A stretch of DNA of 64,000 bases from Pseudomonadota bacterium (lineage in GTDB: Bacteria; Pseudomonadota; Alphaproteobacteria; Rhodobacterales; Rhodobacteraceae), in NCBI GenBank assembly GCA_039190145.1, contig JBCCYG010000001.1, forward strand, positions 5,941 to 69,940, read 5' to 3'. Below, in pieces: positions 48,804 to 58,858 of this stretch (position 1 is its first letter; each line of letters opens with the position of its first letter). The notes beneath the pieces are model-generated. The model did no database searches, was not told the origin of the DNA, and saw only the letters and a list, made by a program, of their open reading frames with translations. The translations under genes and the position numbers were made by a program.

Positions 48804-49475
48804 TTATTCGAGCCATTCTAGATAACTCGCATGCCACTCTTCTCGCAGGTTCGCGCCCTGCCCGATGAAGCACTCATCAAGCAGTTCAAAGGCCCTGATG
48901 CGGTCGGGGCGAAAATGGCGCATCCCGTGGCGCAGTTCGCACCATCCCGCAATCACAACGGCCTCTGTGTGATAAGCAATGGCGATCGGCCAGATCGTCC
49001 TGTCGCTCTCTTTTCCTTCGCCGTCGCGGTAGCTAATTCGAAGCTTTCGCTCTTCGCGGATTGCCTGGCGAATGAGTGACAGGTCGGCGACATCGGGCTC
49101 GTCCACACCCCACGTTGCGGCAAAAACGGTCTGACTCAGTTGCGTCGCATCAGATAGCTTTTTCGCGACGCTGTGGGCCGCGCGATTGAGCCCCTTATCG
49201 CCGGTGCGCGCGATCATAGCGATACCGACCGTGATTGCCTCGGCCTCATCCATCGTGAAGTTTAACGGAGGCAACTCAAAGCCCGGCCGGATGATATAGC
49301 CGATCCCAGCCTCGCCCTCGATAGGTACGCGCATGCCCTGAAGCGCCGCGATGTCGCGATAGATCGTGCGTTTGGTAACTTCCAATTCGTCGGCGATGTC
49401 CTGAGCCCGCTTGGGCGATGTACAGGCGCGCAGGATCTGAATGATCTCAAACATGCGGGCGGATTTGCTCACCAC
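48804..49475 (-). CDS. YafY-type HTH-WYL regulator
   Basis: LEVTKRTIYRDI, GEAGIGY and WCELR..RHFRPDRI. Confidence 0.9.
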   Translation of the reverse strand: MVSKSARMFEIIQILRACTSPKRAQDIADELEVTKRTIYRDIAALQGMRVPIEGEAGIGYIIRPGFELPPLNFTMDEAEAITVGIAMIARTGDKGLNRAAHSVAKKLSDATQLSQTVFAATWGVDEPDVADLSLIRQAIREERKLRISYRDGEGKESDRTIWPIAIAYHTEAVVIAGWCELRHGMRHFRPDRIRAFELLDECFIGQGANLREEWHASYLEWLE

Positions 49476-49513
49476 GGGCCTCTCGCTTGGGTTTCAGGGA
49501 CATTCACACATCG

Positions 49514-49536
49514 CTGCTGACAGGGGGTGTCAGTAG
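49514..49536. promoter_or_regulatory. Putative HTH-WYL operator
   Basis: CTGCTGACA-GGGGG-TGTCAGTAG palindrome between the divergent WYL regulator and EamA gene. Confidence 0.65.
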
Positions 49537-49586
49537 AGCGTTGGTAGCACATTCGGGGCCCTCCTAAGGACCCGAAGAAGCACGCA

Positions 49587-50558
49587 ATGGACATCCAAAA
49601 ACCACACTCCGAAGAGACGTTGGGCTCGGCGTTCGTTGTGCTTGCCGCGCTGGCTTTCAGCACGGCGGGGATATTCACCAAAGTCGTAGAGGCGGATGCA
49701 TGGAGCGTCATTTTCTGGCGTGGCATTGCCGCTATCGCCTTTGTCATCTTGTACTTGGGATTAAAGGGCAGTCTGCGTGAAGAGGCTCGAGCCTTTCGCT
49801 GGCCGGCGCTGATTGTCACCTTGTGCCTTGCCTCGGGGACGGCGGCTTTCATCTCTGCATTTAAGCTGACCAGCATCGCCAATGTTAGCGTGATCTGGGC
49901 CACAGCGCCGTTCTGGGCCGCTTGCTTGGCCTTCATGAGCATGCGTGAAAACCCAGGCGCGCGCGTCTTGATCTGTAGTGCATTCGCCTTGCTTGGGGTT
50001 GTCATCACTATCCGCGGGTCTTGGGACATCTGTTTGTGGCGCGGTGACGGCTTGGCGCTCGCAATGACCCTGATGATGGCCACGGCCATGGTGATCTATC
50101 GCGCCTATCCAGACACGCCGACCAAACTCCCCGCAGCTGTCTCAGCGGCACTCCTGCTTCCATTCGCATTGGCTCTCTCTTCGCCTTTTACGACTGACCC
50201 GCATGAGATCGGCTTGCTCGCTCTCTTCGGCCTCGTCTTTGCGGCTGGAACCGTTCTTTTGATGGAGGGAGCAAGGCGTATTTCATCTGCAAAGGCGGCG
50301 CTGTTCAGTGCCCTTGAAACGCCACTTGCGCCATTGTGGGCGCTTTTGATCCTCGCGGAGTGGCCTGCACTCGCTACGATCATTGGCGGGACGATAGTGA
50401 TGGGTGCCGTTGTTCATGCGCAGTGGCCAGGTTCGCTTGCGCGGCGGGCGGCAAAGCCGCACCTAAATGCCCATATGCTGCGTGATATTGGCCAAGATGG
50501 TGCGGCCGAACGCTCGCTGGAAGATCTGGAGTTCCGCCGCTTGCGCGACCGTCTCTGA
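49587..50558 (+). CDS. EamA/DMT transporter with DUF1127-like tail
   Basis: FSTAG, FWRG, ALETPLAPLW; C-terminal HLNAHMLRDIG. Confidence 0.85.
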   Translation: MDIQKPHSEETLGSAFVVLAALAFSTAGIFTKVVEADAWSVIFWRGIAAIAFVILYLGLKGSLREEARAFRWPALIVTLCLASGTAAFISAFKLTSIANVSVIWATAPFWAACLAFMSMRENPGARVLICSAFALLGVVITIRGSWDICLWRGDGLALAMTLMMATAMVIYRAYPDTPTKLPAAVSAALLLPFALALSSPFTTDPHEIGLLALFGLVFAAGTVLLMEGARRISSAKAALFSALETPLAPLWALLILAEWPALATIIGGTIVMGAVVHAQWPGSLARRAAKPHLNAHMLRDIGQDGAAERSLEDLEFRRLRDRL

Positions 50559-51242
50559 CTAGGCCAGGCCAAAGGTGCGTTCAAAGTTCTGGAGCCCATC
50601 GCGGGTGAAACGGACAACTCGGGTCCCTTCTTCTCGCTTGGCCCATTTCCGCGCGTAGAGCTGATTGAGCAAATCTGCCCCCAATCCTCCACCCAAGTGA
50701 AAGCGCCGTTCAGACCAGTCGAGACAAGTTTTGCAGGTGGGGCGGCGTGCTTTGCGTAGGGTATCGATGTCGATGCCGAAATCTTCAAACAGCCGCGCGC
50801 CTTTGTCGGTGAGCAAGAGATCATCGCCGTCCGTAGCCAGTGCGTTTGAGAGCATCAGCGCATCGAGGAGTGCGACGGCGTGGCTTCCAGCCAAATGATC
50901 ATAACAGACACGGGCATCCCGTAGTGCTGGCTCCTTCGGCCCTGTGCGTGTGCGCTTTGGCCCGGTTAGAGCAGCGACACCCATCATGGCTTCGAGCATC
51001 TGGCCAACCTCTGGGCCGGACAGAGCGACATAGCGGTGTCGACCCTGTTTGCGGCGCACCAAAAGTCCGGCCTCTTCCATCTTGGCGAGGTGACCGGATG
51101 CCGTTTGCGCCGTGACCCCTGCTTCATGTGCCAATTCTCCGGCGGTGAGGGCACGCCCATCCATCAGCGCGGTAAGCATATTTGCCCGGGCCGGGTCTCC
51201 CACCAAGGAGGCGATCAGGGAAATGTCAGGTCCAAGACGCAT
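50559..51242 (-). CDS. ArsR/SmtB family regulator (extended form)
   Basis: [31 protein letters not shown] and CLDWSERR. Confidence 0.9.
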   Translation of the reverse strand: MRLGPDISLIASLVGDPARANMLTALMDGRALTAGELAHEAGVTAQTASGHLAKMEEAGLLVRRKQGRHRYVALSGPEVGQMLEAMMGVAALTGPKRTRTGPKEPALRDARVCYDHLAGSHAVALLDALMLSNALATDGDDLLLTDKGARLFEDFGIDIDTLRKARRPTCKTCLDWSERRFHLGGGLGADLLNQLYARKWAKREEGTRVVRFTRDGLQNFERTFGLA

Positions 51243-51301
51243 GGTGCGATCTCCTTCTTTCGGCGTCGGTGTTTCACCAGGAATGCCATGGCAGGGGACG
51301 A

Positions 51302-51329
51302 CAATGCTTCGGTCTCTACCGAAGCATTG
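51302..51329. promoter_or_regulatory. Putative ArsR operator
   Basis: Perfect 12-4-12 palindrome CAATGCTTCGGT-CTCT-ACCGAAGCATTG between ArsR and NIPSNAP genes. Confidence 0.7.
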
Positions 51330-51377
51330 GAGATCTCGCCAAAGCTAAAATCAATGCAGCAAACCGAGAGGTACTCC

Positions 51378-51701
51378 ATGACAATCACCTGCTGCATTCG
51401 CTACCGCATAGACCCTTATCAGCGCGATGAATTCGCCGAATACGCTCGAAAGTGGCTCTCAATTATTCCCGCCTGTGGGGGCGAACTTCATGGTTATTGG
51501 CTCCCTCACGAAGGCACGAACGACATCGCTTTAGCGATGATCTCCTTCGCAAGCCTTTCTGAGTATGAAGCATACAGGGCTCGATTGAGAAACGACACAG
51601 ATGGCGCTGCAAATTTTGAAATGGCCCATGCCCAAAAGTTCATCCTGTCGGAGGAAAGAACGTTTCTAGAGCCCGTTGCGCATCATGAGAGGGCAGCATG
51701 A
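51378..51701 (+). CDS. NIPSNAP family protein
   Basis: [28 protein letters not shown] and EERTFL. Confidence 0.87.
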   Translation: MTITCCIRYRIDPYQRDEFAEYARKWLSIIPACGGELHGYWLPHEGTNDIALAMISFASLSEYEAYRARLRNDTDGAANFEMAHAQKFILSEERTFLEPVAHHERAA

Positions 51702-51721
51702 TCGCCGTCATCCGCGACTAA
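51698..51721 (+). pseudogene. Five-codon stub of a downstream gene (ABM monooxygenase-like start MIAVI)
   Basis: ATGA overlap with the NIPSNAP stop, GAGAGG RBS, reads MIAVIRD*. Confidence 0.45.
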
Positions 51722-51795
51722 GGCAGGGGCCGCCGCATCGCGGCGCCGAAAAATACCCACCAATTTCAAGACCGATCCCTCTTAGGAGAAACACC

Positions 51796-52431
51796 ATGTT
51801 GGACGCATTTCCAATTCTAATCGCTGCTTGGGGAGCTTTTGCTGCCGCCGCAATTTCGCCAGGCCCCAACATGGTGGCTGTGGCCGCTCGAGCCTTGGGC
51901 TCGGGAAGACAATCTGCGCTAGCGGTCGCTACAGGCATAAGTATCGGAGCCTTTTTGTGGGCGATCCTCTGCGCGGTCGGCCTCGGCGTGCTCTTCGACC
52001 GTGTTCCAGTGCTCTTACAAATCCTTGGGCTACTTGGGGGAAGTTACCTTGCCTGGCTGGGCTTCAAAGGGTGGCGTGCAGCGCTCACAGGTGCATCTGG
52101 TGAGATCGCCCCTAAAGCGGGCGGAACCCTAAGGGCTGATTTCGCCTATGGTTTTGTCGTGACCGCGACCAATCCCAAGGTGGCGCTTCTCTGGGCTTCG
52201 CTCGCGACCTTTGTCAGCGGTGTCACGCAGTCTTTGCCAGTACTGGTGCTCTTTGCCAGCGGTGCCGCAATGCTCGCCTTTACGATCTACGGCGCCTACG
52301 CTGTAGCATTCTCAGCGGGACAAACCCGGAAACTCTATGCGCGGTTCAGCCGCGTTGCGGAAGCGATATTCGGTACGGCCTTTGGCGGGCTCGGAATTGC
52401 ACTAATCGTTCGGTCCGTGCGGCCCGCGTAA
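51796..52431 (+). CDS. LysE/RhtB exporter
   Basis: ISPGPN, GGSYLAWLG and TNPK motifs. Confidence 0.9.
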   Translation: MLDAFPILIAAWGAFAAAAISPGPNMVAVAARALGSGRQSALAVATGISIGAFLWAILCAVGLGVLFDRVPVLLQILGLLGGSYLAWLGFKGWRAALTGASGEIAPKAGGTLRADFAYGFVVTATNPKVALLWASLATFVSGVTQSLPVLVLFASGAAMLAFTIYGAYAVAFSAGQTRKLYARFSRVAEAIFGTAFGGLGIALIVRSVRPA

Positions 52432-52433
52432 GG

Positions 52434-53192
52434 TCAGTTCCAAAAGGTGGGTATGCTGGTCGACAACAGCCGCAATGCAGTTAGGGCTAAGAAACCGTAG
52501 ACGATGCGCACAAATATCTTCTGATCAACGCGCGAGTGAAGCCAACTTCCGACCAGCACACCCACGACCAGCCAAGGCGACAGGATCAAGCTGATATAAA
52601 GCGTGCTCCAATCCAGTGTGCCTGTGGATCCGTACGCAACGGTCTTGAGGCCGTTTAGAATGAAAAAGAAGACGGTATTCGTGCCGACAAAGGCTGCCTT
52701 TGGCATCTCTTGCGACAGGAGATAGGCCTTTACCGGCGGTCCGCCGGCATGGGCGACGTAGCTGGCAAACCCCGATGTTGCCGCGAGGATCCAGACTAGT
52801 GGTTTACTCGCTTTACGCTTTCCGGCCCATTTCCGACCCTGCAAAAGGTACTGGGCCACAAAGATCAAAGCCAGGACCCCGATCACAAAACGGATGAGAT
52901 CGGCGTCGAGAACTCCGAAGAACAGAGCACCGAGTGAGAGCCCGATCAGCGCGCCGGGCAGAAGCGCGAAGACAACGGCCCGATTCCAGCTTTTGCGGTA
53001 TCTAAAGACGATCATCACATCCATCGCGAAGAGAATTGGCATCATGACCGCAGCAGCCAGTTGAGGGGCCGCAAAGAGCGACATCATCGGTACGGCCATA
53101 ACGCCAAGCCCCCCGCCGAACCCGCTTTTTGAAATGCCCGTGGTGAGGATCGCTACGATTGAGATAACGTAAAAGGAAAGCGAAAGGTCCAT
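52434..53192 (-). CDS. TauE/SafE (TSUP) family transporter
   Basis: GISKSGFGGG and AHAGGPP motifs. Confidence 0.88.
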   Translation of the reverse strand: MDLSLSFYVISIVAILTTGISKSGFGGGLGVMAVPMMSLFAAPQLAAAVMMPILFAMDVMIVFRYRKSWNRAVVFALLPGALIGLSLGALFFGVLDADLIRFVIGVLALIFVAQYLLQGRKWAGKRKASKPLVWILAATSGFASYVAHAGGPPVKAYLLSQEMPKAAFVGTNTVFFFILNGLKTVAYGSTGTLDWSTLYISLILSPWLVVGVLVGSWLHSRVDQKIFVRIVYGFLALTALRLLSTSIPTFWN

Positions 53193-53283
53193 GGCGGCTC
53201 CAGATTGATAGAGCTGAGATAGCGAGCCGCCGTAAATCTATGAAATAGTTTTATTAGTCTCTAGAAATCTCTAAAGCTGATTT

Positions 53284-54147
53284 GTGCTAGACCTCAACAC
53301 ACTGCAAACCTTTGTCCTGGTCGCCGATCAGCTCAATTTTTCCTCGGTCGCTGAGCAGCGCAATACGGTTCAATCCGCCATCAGCGCTCAGATAAGGAAA
53401 CTTGAGGAAAACACAGGGCACACGCTGATCTCCCGCGGTCGCGGGCAATCCATGGAGCTCACGGCTGAGGGAAAAGCGCTCCTTGTTTATGCAAGGCGGA
53501 TCCTCGCGCTTTCCGATGAAGCTATCGAGGCAATCAGAGCACCGCAGACGCGCCCGATCGTTCGTCTCGGTACCACTGTTACGCTGGCCATGTCCGTCGT
53601 GACGGACGTGCTCACCCAATTCGCTGCGGTCGAACCCGAGACCCAAATACAGATCCTGTGCGACCGTAGCGACGCGTTGCTTGGATGTCTTGATCGCGGC
53701 GAGATCGACGTCGCCTTCATGATGGATCAGGGGCGCCGTGTTGGTCGCGCTTTTGTCCATTCGCAACCGCTCGTTTGGGCATGTTCGGATCAATTCAAGC
53801 CCACCGAGAGGGAGGAAGTCGTCATGTCCTTCCTGACCGACGGGCGAGACTTGCGACGGTATGCGCTCCAAGCACTTGACGAGGCGCGCCGCGCTGGCCG
53901 CATCGCATATCTTAGCCCGCATCCCATTGGTGTCCGTGCTTTCGTGCAGGCCGGTTTAGCGCTGACAGTCATGCCACAGGTCACGGTAACCCCGCCTCTC
54001 ATCACAGCCCCAAGGGCGCTTGGTTTGCCGTCTCTGCCGTCGATCGCACTTTCCGCCTATGCCGGTTCAAGCAAAGTCCAACCAGAAATGGCCACGCTCC
54101 TCTCGCTCTTGGAAGAGGCAGCGGTCTATCATGGGGAGGTGCGCTGA
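53284..54147 (+). CDS. LysR family regulator
   Basis: LDLNTLQTFV and QSAISAQIRKLE; divergent from TauE gene. Confidence 0.9.
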   Translation: MLDLNTLQTFVLVADQLNFSSVAEQRNTVQSAISAQIRKLEENTGHTLISRGRGQSMELTAEGKALLVYARRILALSDEAIEAIRAPQTRPIVRLGTTVTLAMSVVTDVLTQFAAVEPETQIQILCDRSDALLGCLDRGEIDVAFMMDQGRRVGRAFVHSQPLVWACSDQFKPTEREEVVMSFLTDGRDLRRYALQALDEARRAGRIAYLSPHPIGVRAFVQAGLALTVMPQVTVTPPLITAPRALGLPSLPSIALSAYAGSSKVQPEMATLLSLLEEAAVYHGEVR

Positions 54148-54182
54148 GAGGCGCTGATTTCTTCGGCACATAGGAACGACCA

Positions 54183-55106
54183 ATGGCCAAAAGCGGAATG
54201 CCTCTCTTGAACGCGCTCAAAGCTTTTGATGCCGTCGTCAGGCTAGGGTCGATCAACAAGGCTTCTCTTGAGCTCAGCATCGCCCCGTCAGCCGTGACGC
54301 AGCACATTCGCAACTTGGAAGACTTCTTAGGCGGCGATCTTTTTGCGCGCTCTGCGAATTCGATTACGATCAATCAGCGCGGCACGGATTTTGCCCAAAG
54401 CATTAAACAGGCCTTTGACCTCATAGGGCGAGCAACTGATGCGACCCGGGTCGACCTGGCGGCCACTCCCATCAGGCTTTCTTGCATGCCATCGCTTGCT
54501 GATCAGGTCATCTCGGAACCGCTGGCGCGGATTTACCGAGAGTACCCCGACATAAAAATCCGCTGCGATTTTTCCCCAGATCTTGCGAGCTTTGACGCGG
54601 ATACCGCTGACATCGCGGTCCGTTACGGCCCAGGCGACTACCCCGGTGCGGAGGCCGAATTGCTCCACGTGGAAGAAATCGCACCTGTTTGCTCAGGTGC
54701 CACGGCCGGTGCGATAAGAACCGTGGCGGACCTTGGCACATATTCGCGGATCGACAGCTCGGAAAGCTCGCATGACGGGTCCTGCCTATGGTCGTATTGG
54801 GCACGCGAAGCTGGCGAGCCTGAGCTGGCTGAGCAGTTCAAACCTCGAGCGCCTTGGGTCTTGCAAAGCTCAAATTTTTCCAAAGAAACTATACTTCGCG
54901 CGCCGCTGATCGCTTTGCTTGAAAAAAGGATTGTCCGCGATGACCTTGCAAAAGGTACCCTTGTTGCGCCGGTAGGAAAATGGGTCCCTGCTCCGTCGGG
55001 CTACCATCTTGTGACACCCAAAAGACGGTCACTTTCGCCCGAGGCAAAACGCCTCAAAGCGCTCATCAAGGTTTCCGTCCTCAACCATTTTAGGGAGGCG
55101 CGCTAG
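54183..55106 (+). CDS. LysR family regulator (GcvA-like)
   Basis: PLLNALKAFDAVVRLGS and DIAVRYG. Confidence 0.88.
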   Translation: MAKSGMPLLNALKAFDAVVRLGSINKASLELSIAPSAVTQHIRNLEDFLGGDLFARSANSITINQRGTDFAQSIKQAFDLIGRATDATRVDLAATPIRLSCMPSLADQVISEPLARIYREYPDIKIRCDFSPDLASFDADTADIAVRYGPGDYPGAEAELLHVEEIAPVCSGATAGAIRTVADLGTYSRIDSSESSHDGSCLWSYWAREAGEPELAEQFKPRAPWVLQSSNFSKETILRAPLIALLEKRIVRDDLAKGTLVAPVGKWVPAPSGYHLVTPKRRSLSPEAKRLKALIKVSVLNHFREAR

Positions 55107-55950
55107 CGGGTCGAAGGGTCGCTAAGCTCACGCCCGCGAGAATGAGACCGCCGCCGATTAGGTCCGGCAAAGTGGGCCTCTCCCCAAGAAAGAGCACTGC
55201 CCCCGTGATGGAAAAAACCGGCACCAACAAAAGAAAGGGGGCTACGACATTCAGATCGTTTCTACCGACAAGGGAAAACCAGATCCCCTGACCAACCACA
55301 GTCATGAAGATCGCTAAATACGCGACCTGCAACCAGGCAGCCATGCTCGCGGTTACAATGTAGACGACATGCTGCTCTTCAAAGATGGCGCTCAGCAGGG
55401 CGAGTTGCGGCGCCGCCATGAGGGCCGCCGCGCCGAGTAGTGGGAGCCCCCCATCGCTGCTGCCAAGGCGGCGAAGCACGACTTGGCCAAAAGCCCAAGT
55501 GATGATGCTTGCTAGAACCAAGGCCACTGCGCGACCCGCCGTTTGAACACTCGGTGAGCCCGTAACAACGAGCAGGCCGAGCATCGACAACGCGACACCG
55601 AACAAGGCGCGCGCGGGCGGGCGCTCACGCAGCAAGAGCGCGGACATGACGATTAAAATGGGCGCTTCAAGCTGTATCAAAAGCACAGTCGTTGACACGT
55701 CGAGTACCGCAAGCCCGACATATGACAAGCTATACGGAAGGGCCAATGCACAGCTGGAAATTATGAGCACTTGCGTCTTTGGCACTGTAGGCCACTTGCA
55801 GAAAATCATGAGCAGGCACCCAGCAAAGCCAAATCGAAATGCCGCCGTCATAATCGGTGGGAAATGGTCAATCGCCGCCTTGCCAAACACCCAGCCCGCG
55901 CCAAAAATAGCAGACATGGCGAGTGCTAAACAGAGGTCCTTGGGCGTCAC
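55090..55950 (-). CDS. EamA/DMT transporter
   Basis: FPP..AAFRF, LLRER, VAPFLLLVPVF and LGE; start uncertain. Confidence 0.86.
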   Translation of the reverse strand: MTPKDLCLALAMSAIFGAGWVFGKAAIDHFPPIMTAAFRFGFAGCLLMIFCKWPTVPKTQVLIISSCALALPYSLSYVGLAVLDVSTTVLLIQLEAPILIVMSALLLRERPPARALFGVALSMLGLLVVTGSPSVQTAGRAVALVLASIITWAFGQVVLRRLGSSDGGLPLLGAAALMAAPQLALLSAIFEEQHVVYIVTASMAAWLQVAYLAIFMTVVGQGIWFSLVGRNDLNVVAPFLLLVPVFSITGAVLFLGERPTLPDLIGGGLILAGVSLATLRPASAPP

Positions 55951-56229
55951 AGCATTCGCATTCAAACCATGGCAACTGCGCTGAGTTTCTCGGGAATGAG
56001 GTGCCAAGGCACCCGCTGTAAATCAGACGTAGCCTCGGAATTTCAGACGATATGCTAAGACCGGCTTTGGGTCAGTTTACGTGGCCGCGTCGGGAACACT
56101 CGATGTGTTTGTCACTGCTATGACTTCCAGCGAGCGAGAGGGCATAAGGGGTGCAAACGACCGGGTTTCAAAAGTTCCTCACAAAACGGGCCTGATCCAA
56201 CCCCTGACAGATGCTACCAATAGCTCAAC

Positions 56230-57237
56230 ATGCGAATTTCGGACGTAACATCAGAGGTGGATTTTGAGGCTGAGGGAAAGCGCTCCGGCTTCCTCAGGGT
56301 GCCGCATTCCGTCGATCGCTCAGCATATGGCTGGCTTCCCGTCCCCATTACAGTGATCCGAAACGGCGACGGTCCAACACTTCTGATCTCCGCAGGGGTC
56401 CATGGCGACGAGTATGAGGGGCAAATTGCCGTGGGAGAACTGGCCCGCGACTTAGCCTCAGACGAGGTGCGAGGCCGCCTCATACTACTACCCATGACAA
56501 ACGCCCCTGCCTCGGCGGCGGGCAGGCGGGTGTCTCCGATCGATGGCGGCAATCTAAATCGGACCTATCCCGGCGCTGCCCACGGCACGCCCACTCAGAT
56601 GATTGCTCACTTTCATGAAGAAATTCTTCTGCCGTTGGCCGATTATGCCGTGGATCTTCATTCCGGTGGCGCTTCCCTTAACTACCCGGCGACAGTCATG
56701 CGCGGTCCCTCGCATTCCCTTGAGGAAGAAGCCGGTCTGACCGAGCTGATTGGGGCCTTTGACCTCCCTTATGCCTGGGTATTCACGGGGGGCGGTGGAC
56801 CGACAAGCACCGCCAGGACAGCCATGGGTGCTGCAAACCGCAAAGGGGTCATCAACCTCATGGCGGAGCTCGGCGGCGGTGGCGTGGTCAACCAGGAGGT
56901 CCTCGCCCTTACACGCCGTGGCCTAAGACGTATCCTCCATGCCCTCGGCATGCTGCCGGGTTATCAGCTCGACGCGCCACGCGGGACACGCGCGCTTAAC
57001 TCGAAAGGCATCGTCCACGCGCCCATCGCTGGCCAATTTGAGCCACTGAAAGAGATCGGCGAGCCTGTCGCGTACGGTGAACTGGTAGCGCTCCTCCACC
57101 ATCCGGACACGCCATGGGAGGCACCCGTCCAGGTGACATCTCCTTTTGCCGGGATCGTCCTCGCGATGAGAGCTATGGCCCCGTCTCAACGGGGAGATGC
57201 CCTCTTCCAGATTGCAGACGATGCGCCCAACACCTGA
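56230..57237 (+). CDS. Succinylglutamate desuccinylase/aspartoacylase family (DoeB-like) deacylase
   Basis: HGDEYEG, NLNR.YPG, DLHSGG and ELGGGG. Confidence 0.87.
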   Translation: MRISDVTSEVDFEAEGKRSGFLRVPHSVDRSAYGWLPVPITVIRNGDGPTLLISAGVHGDEYEGQIAVGELARDLASDEVRGRLILLPMTNAPASAAGRRVSPIDGGNLNRTYPGAAHGTPTQMIAHFHEEILLPLADYAVDLHSGGASLNYPATVMRGPSHSLEEEAGLTELIGAFDLPYAWVFTGGGGPTSTARTAMGAANRKGVINLMAELGGGGVVNQEVLALTRRGLRRILHALGMLPGYQLDAPRGTRALNSKGIVHAPIAGQFEPLKEIGEPVAYGELVALLHHPDTPWEAPVQVTSPFAGIVLAMRAMAPSQRGDALFQIADDAPNT

Positions 57238-57245
57238 TGCCGCCT

Positions 57246-57863
57246 TTAATCCGTGGCCATGTAAACAGAAGCGGCCAGAAAACAGGTGCCACTTGCTTAC
57301 CCAAGGCGCCTTCTAGCGCGGAGGCTTTGGAAAACACGGCGAACGCGCACGGCTAGGATCGCGTAACCGCCGAGCACGACGCAAACAACTGCCGTAGACG
57401 TCGCCATCAAAATCAGAAACTGCGGCATCAGTGGATTGGTCGGGTCAATAAACTGCGCAAGAAAGGCGAGGTAAAACAAAACCGCCTTTGGATTAAGAAT
57501 GCCCGTGAAAAAGCCCGCCCGGAAACTGCGTTTGTCTAAAGATCGCGCTGGCTGCTGGAGATCAGCCTCCCTGAGACTGCGCGCCGCACGGAACTGTGCG
57601 AGCCCGAGCCAGACCATGTAAGCGACGCCTGCCCATTTGATCACCAGATAAAGCTCGCTTGACGCGGCTAGCACGGTACCGAGGCCAATGAAGGCTGCGG
57701 TCATCATGACAACGCCGCCAAGAAGGTCGCCCGCAACGCAAGAGAACGCGCCTCTAAGGCCTTTGGCAAGCGCTTGCCCCACGACCAACAGAACGCTGGG
57801 CCCTGGAATGACGGATAACACGGTGAGCGCCGCAACATAGGCAATCCAAGTCTCAGGGCTCAT
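57246..57863 (-). pseudogene. LysE/RhtB exporter with premature stop at 57297-57299
   Basis: PGPSV and LNPKA motifs; frame continues past TAA as ASGTCFLAASVYMATD*, resembling the last TM helix. Confidence 0.7.
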
Positions 57864-58788
57864 TTATCGCCTCCCTGTTCCCTCCCCACGGAAGTGCAAG
57901 CACGCCACCCGCCACAACCAATACAATGCCAGCAAGACCAACTATGCTTGGGACTTCCGAGAACACCAAAAAACCCCAGAGTAGGCTGAAGACAAGGTAG
58001 CTATAGTCGAAAGCCGCGACGGTCGCAGCGGGCCCCCTTTGGTAGGCGATCGCAGCACACACGCTCCCGATAATCATCAGCGCAGCGAGCGCTGAAATGG
58101 TGGCGACAAGCGGTGCACTTACCGACTGCCAAGGACCGAGAGTAAAGGACCCTTCTTTGCCCGAGAAGAGCCCAAGAAAGAGCCCGCTGATGATGAAAGC
58201 CACATTGAGTGCGAGGGCCAAAGTAAACGGATCATGCTCACGGCACTTCACGGAGGTGATGACCATAGCGCATCCGTAAAAGAACGCCGCGATCACTGGA
58301 AGGAAGGCAGCCCATGCAAAGCCAGAGGGATCGGGGCGAACGATCAAAAGCACCCCAGAAAATCCGATCCCTATCGCCAAAAGCGCGCGGCTCTTGGGCA
58401 TTTGTCGCGCAACCAGTGCCAAGAGCGCGACGATGAATAAAGGCCCAGTGTAATACGCAGCGGCCGCTGAAGACAGTGCCGTGAACGGTAATGCCGAGTA
58501 ATAGCTGAACCACATGAGCACGAGTAATGCGCTGCGCAAGAGCACCCACTTCGAGAGAGAAAGGGCCATGACACCGCGTTTTCTTGCCAGCCACCACAAA
58601 ACAGGAACGGCTAGAGCGGATCTAAGGACAAAAAGCTGCCAAAGCGGCAATGATAGACCAGTGGCTTTTATGACAGCATCGCTAAAGGAAAGCGCCGCCA
58701 CCGACGCAATGATGGCTAAAACTGCCTCGTTAGTCCTGTGGCGGCGTTCGCTTGTTGCCGCACCCACATGTTCTGATCTGCTCACCAT
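57853..58788 (-). CDS. EamA/DMT transporter
   Basis: DAVIK, LIVRP and VAAFDYSYLVF..FSEVP. Confidence 0.88.
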   Translation of the reverse strand: MVSRSEHVGAATSERRHRTNEAVLAIIASVAALSFSDAVIKATGLSLPLWQLFVLRSALAVPVLWWLARKRGVMALSLSKWVLLRSALLVLMWFSYYSALPFTALSSAAAAYYTGPLFIVALLALVARQMPKSRALLAIGIGFSGVLLIVRPDPSGFAWAAFLPVIAAFFYGCAMVITSVKCREHDPFTLALALNVAFIISGLFLGLFSGKEGSFTLGPWQSVSAPLVATISALAALMIIGSVCAAIAYQRGPAATVAAFDYSYLVFSLLWGFLVFSEVPSIVGLAGIVLVVAGGVLALPWGGNREAINEP

Positions 58789-58858
58789 GAGCGACTCGTA
58801 AATCAACTAATACTCAGGCAAAAAGCGAGAACATCGCCATTTTCCATGAGCACAGGTA

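Noticed and set aside
48804-49475. WYL protein as an anti-phage system marker
   Set aside because: Short YafY-type regulator next to EamA and RidA; no defence effectors nearby.
31663-57237. Ectoine catabolic cluster (EhuB-like plus DoeB-like)
   Set aside because: The genes are about 24 kb apart with no eut/doe partners or permeases.
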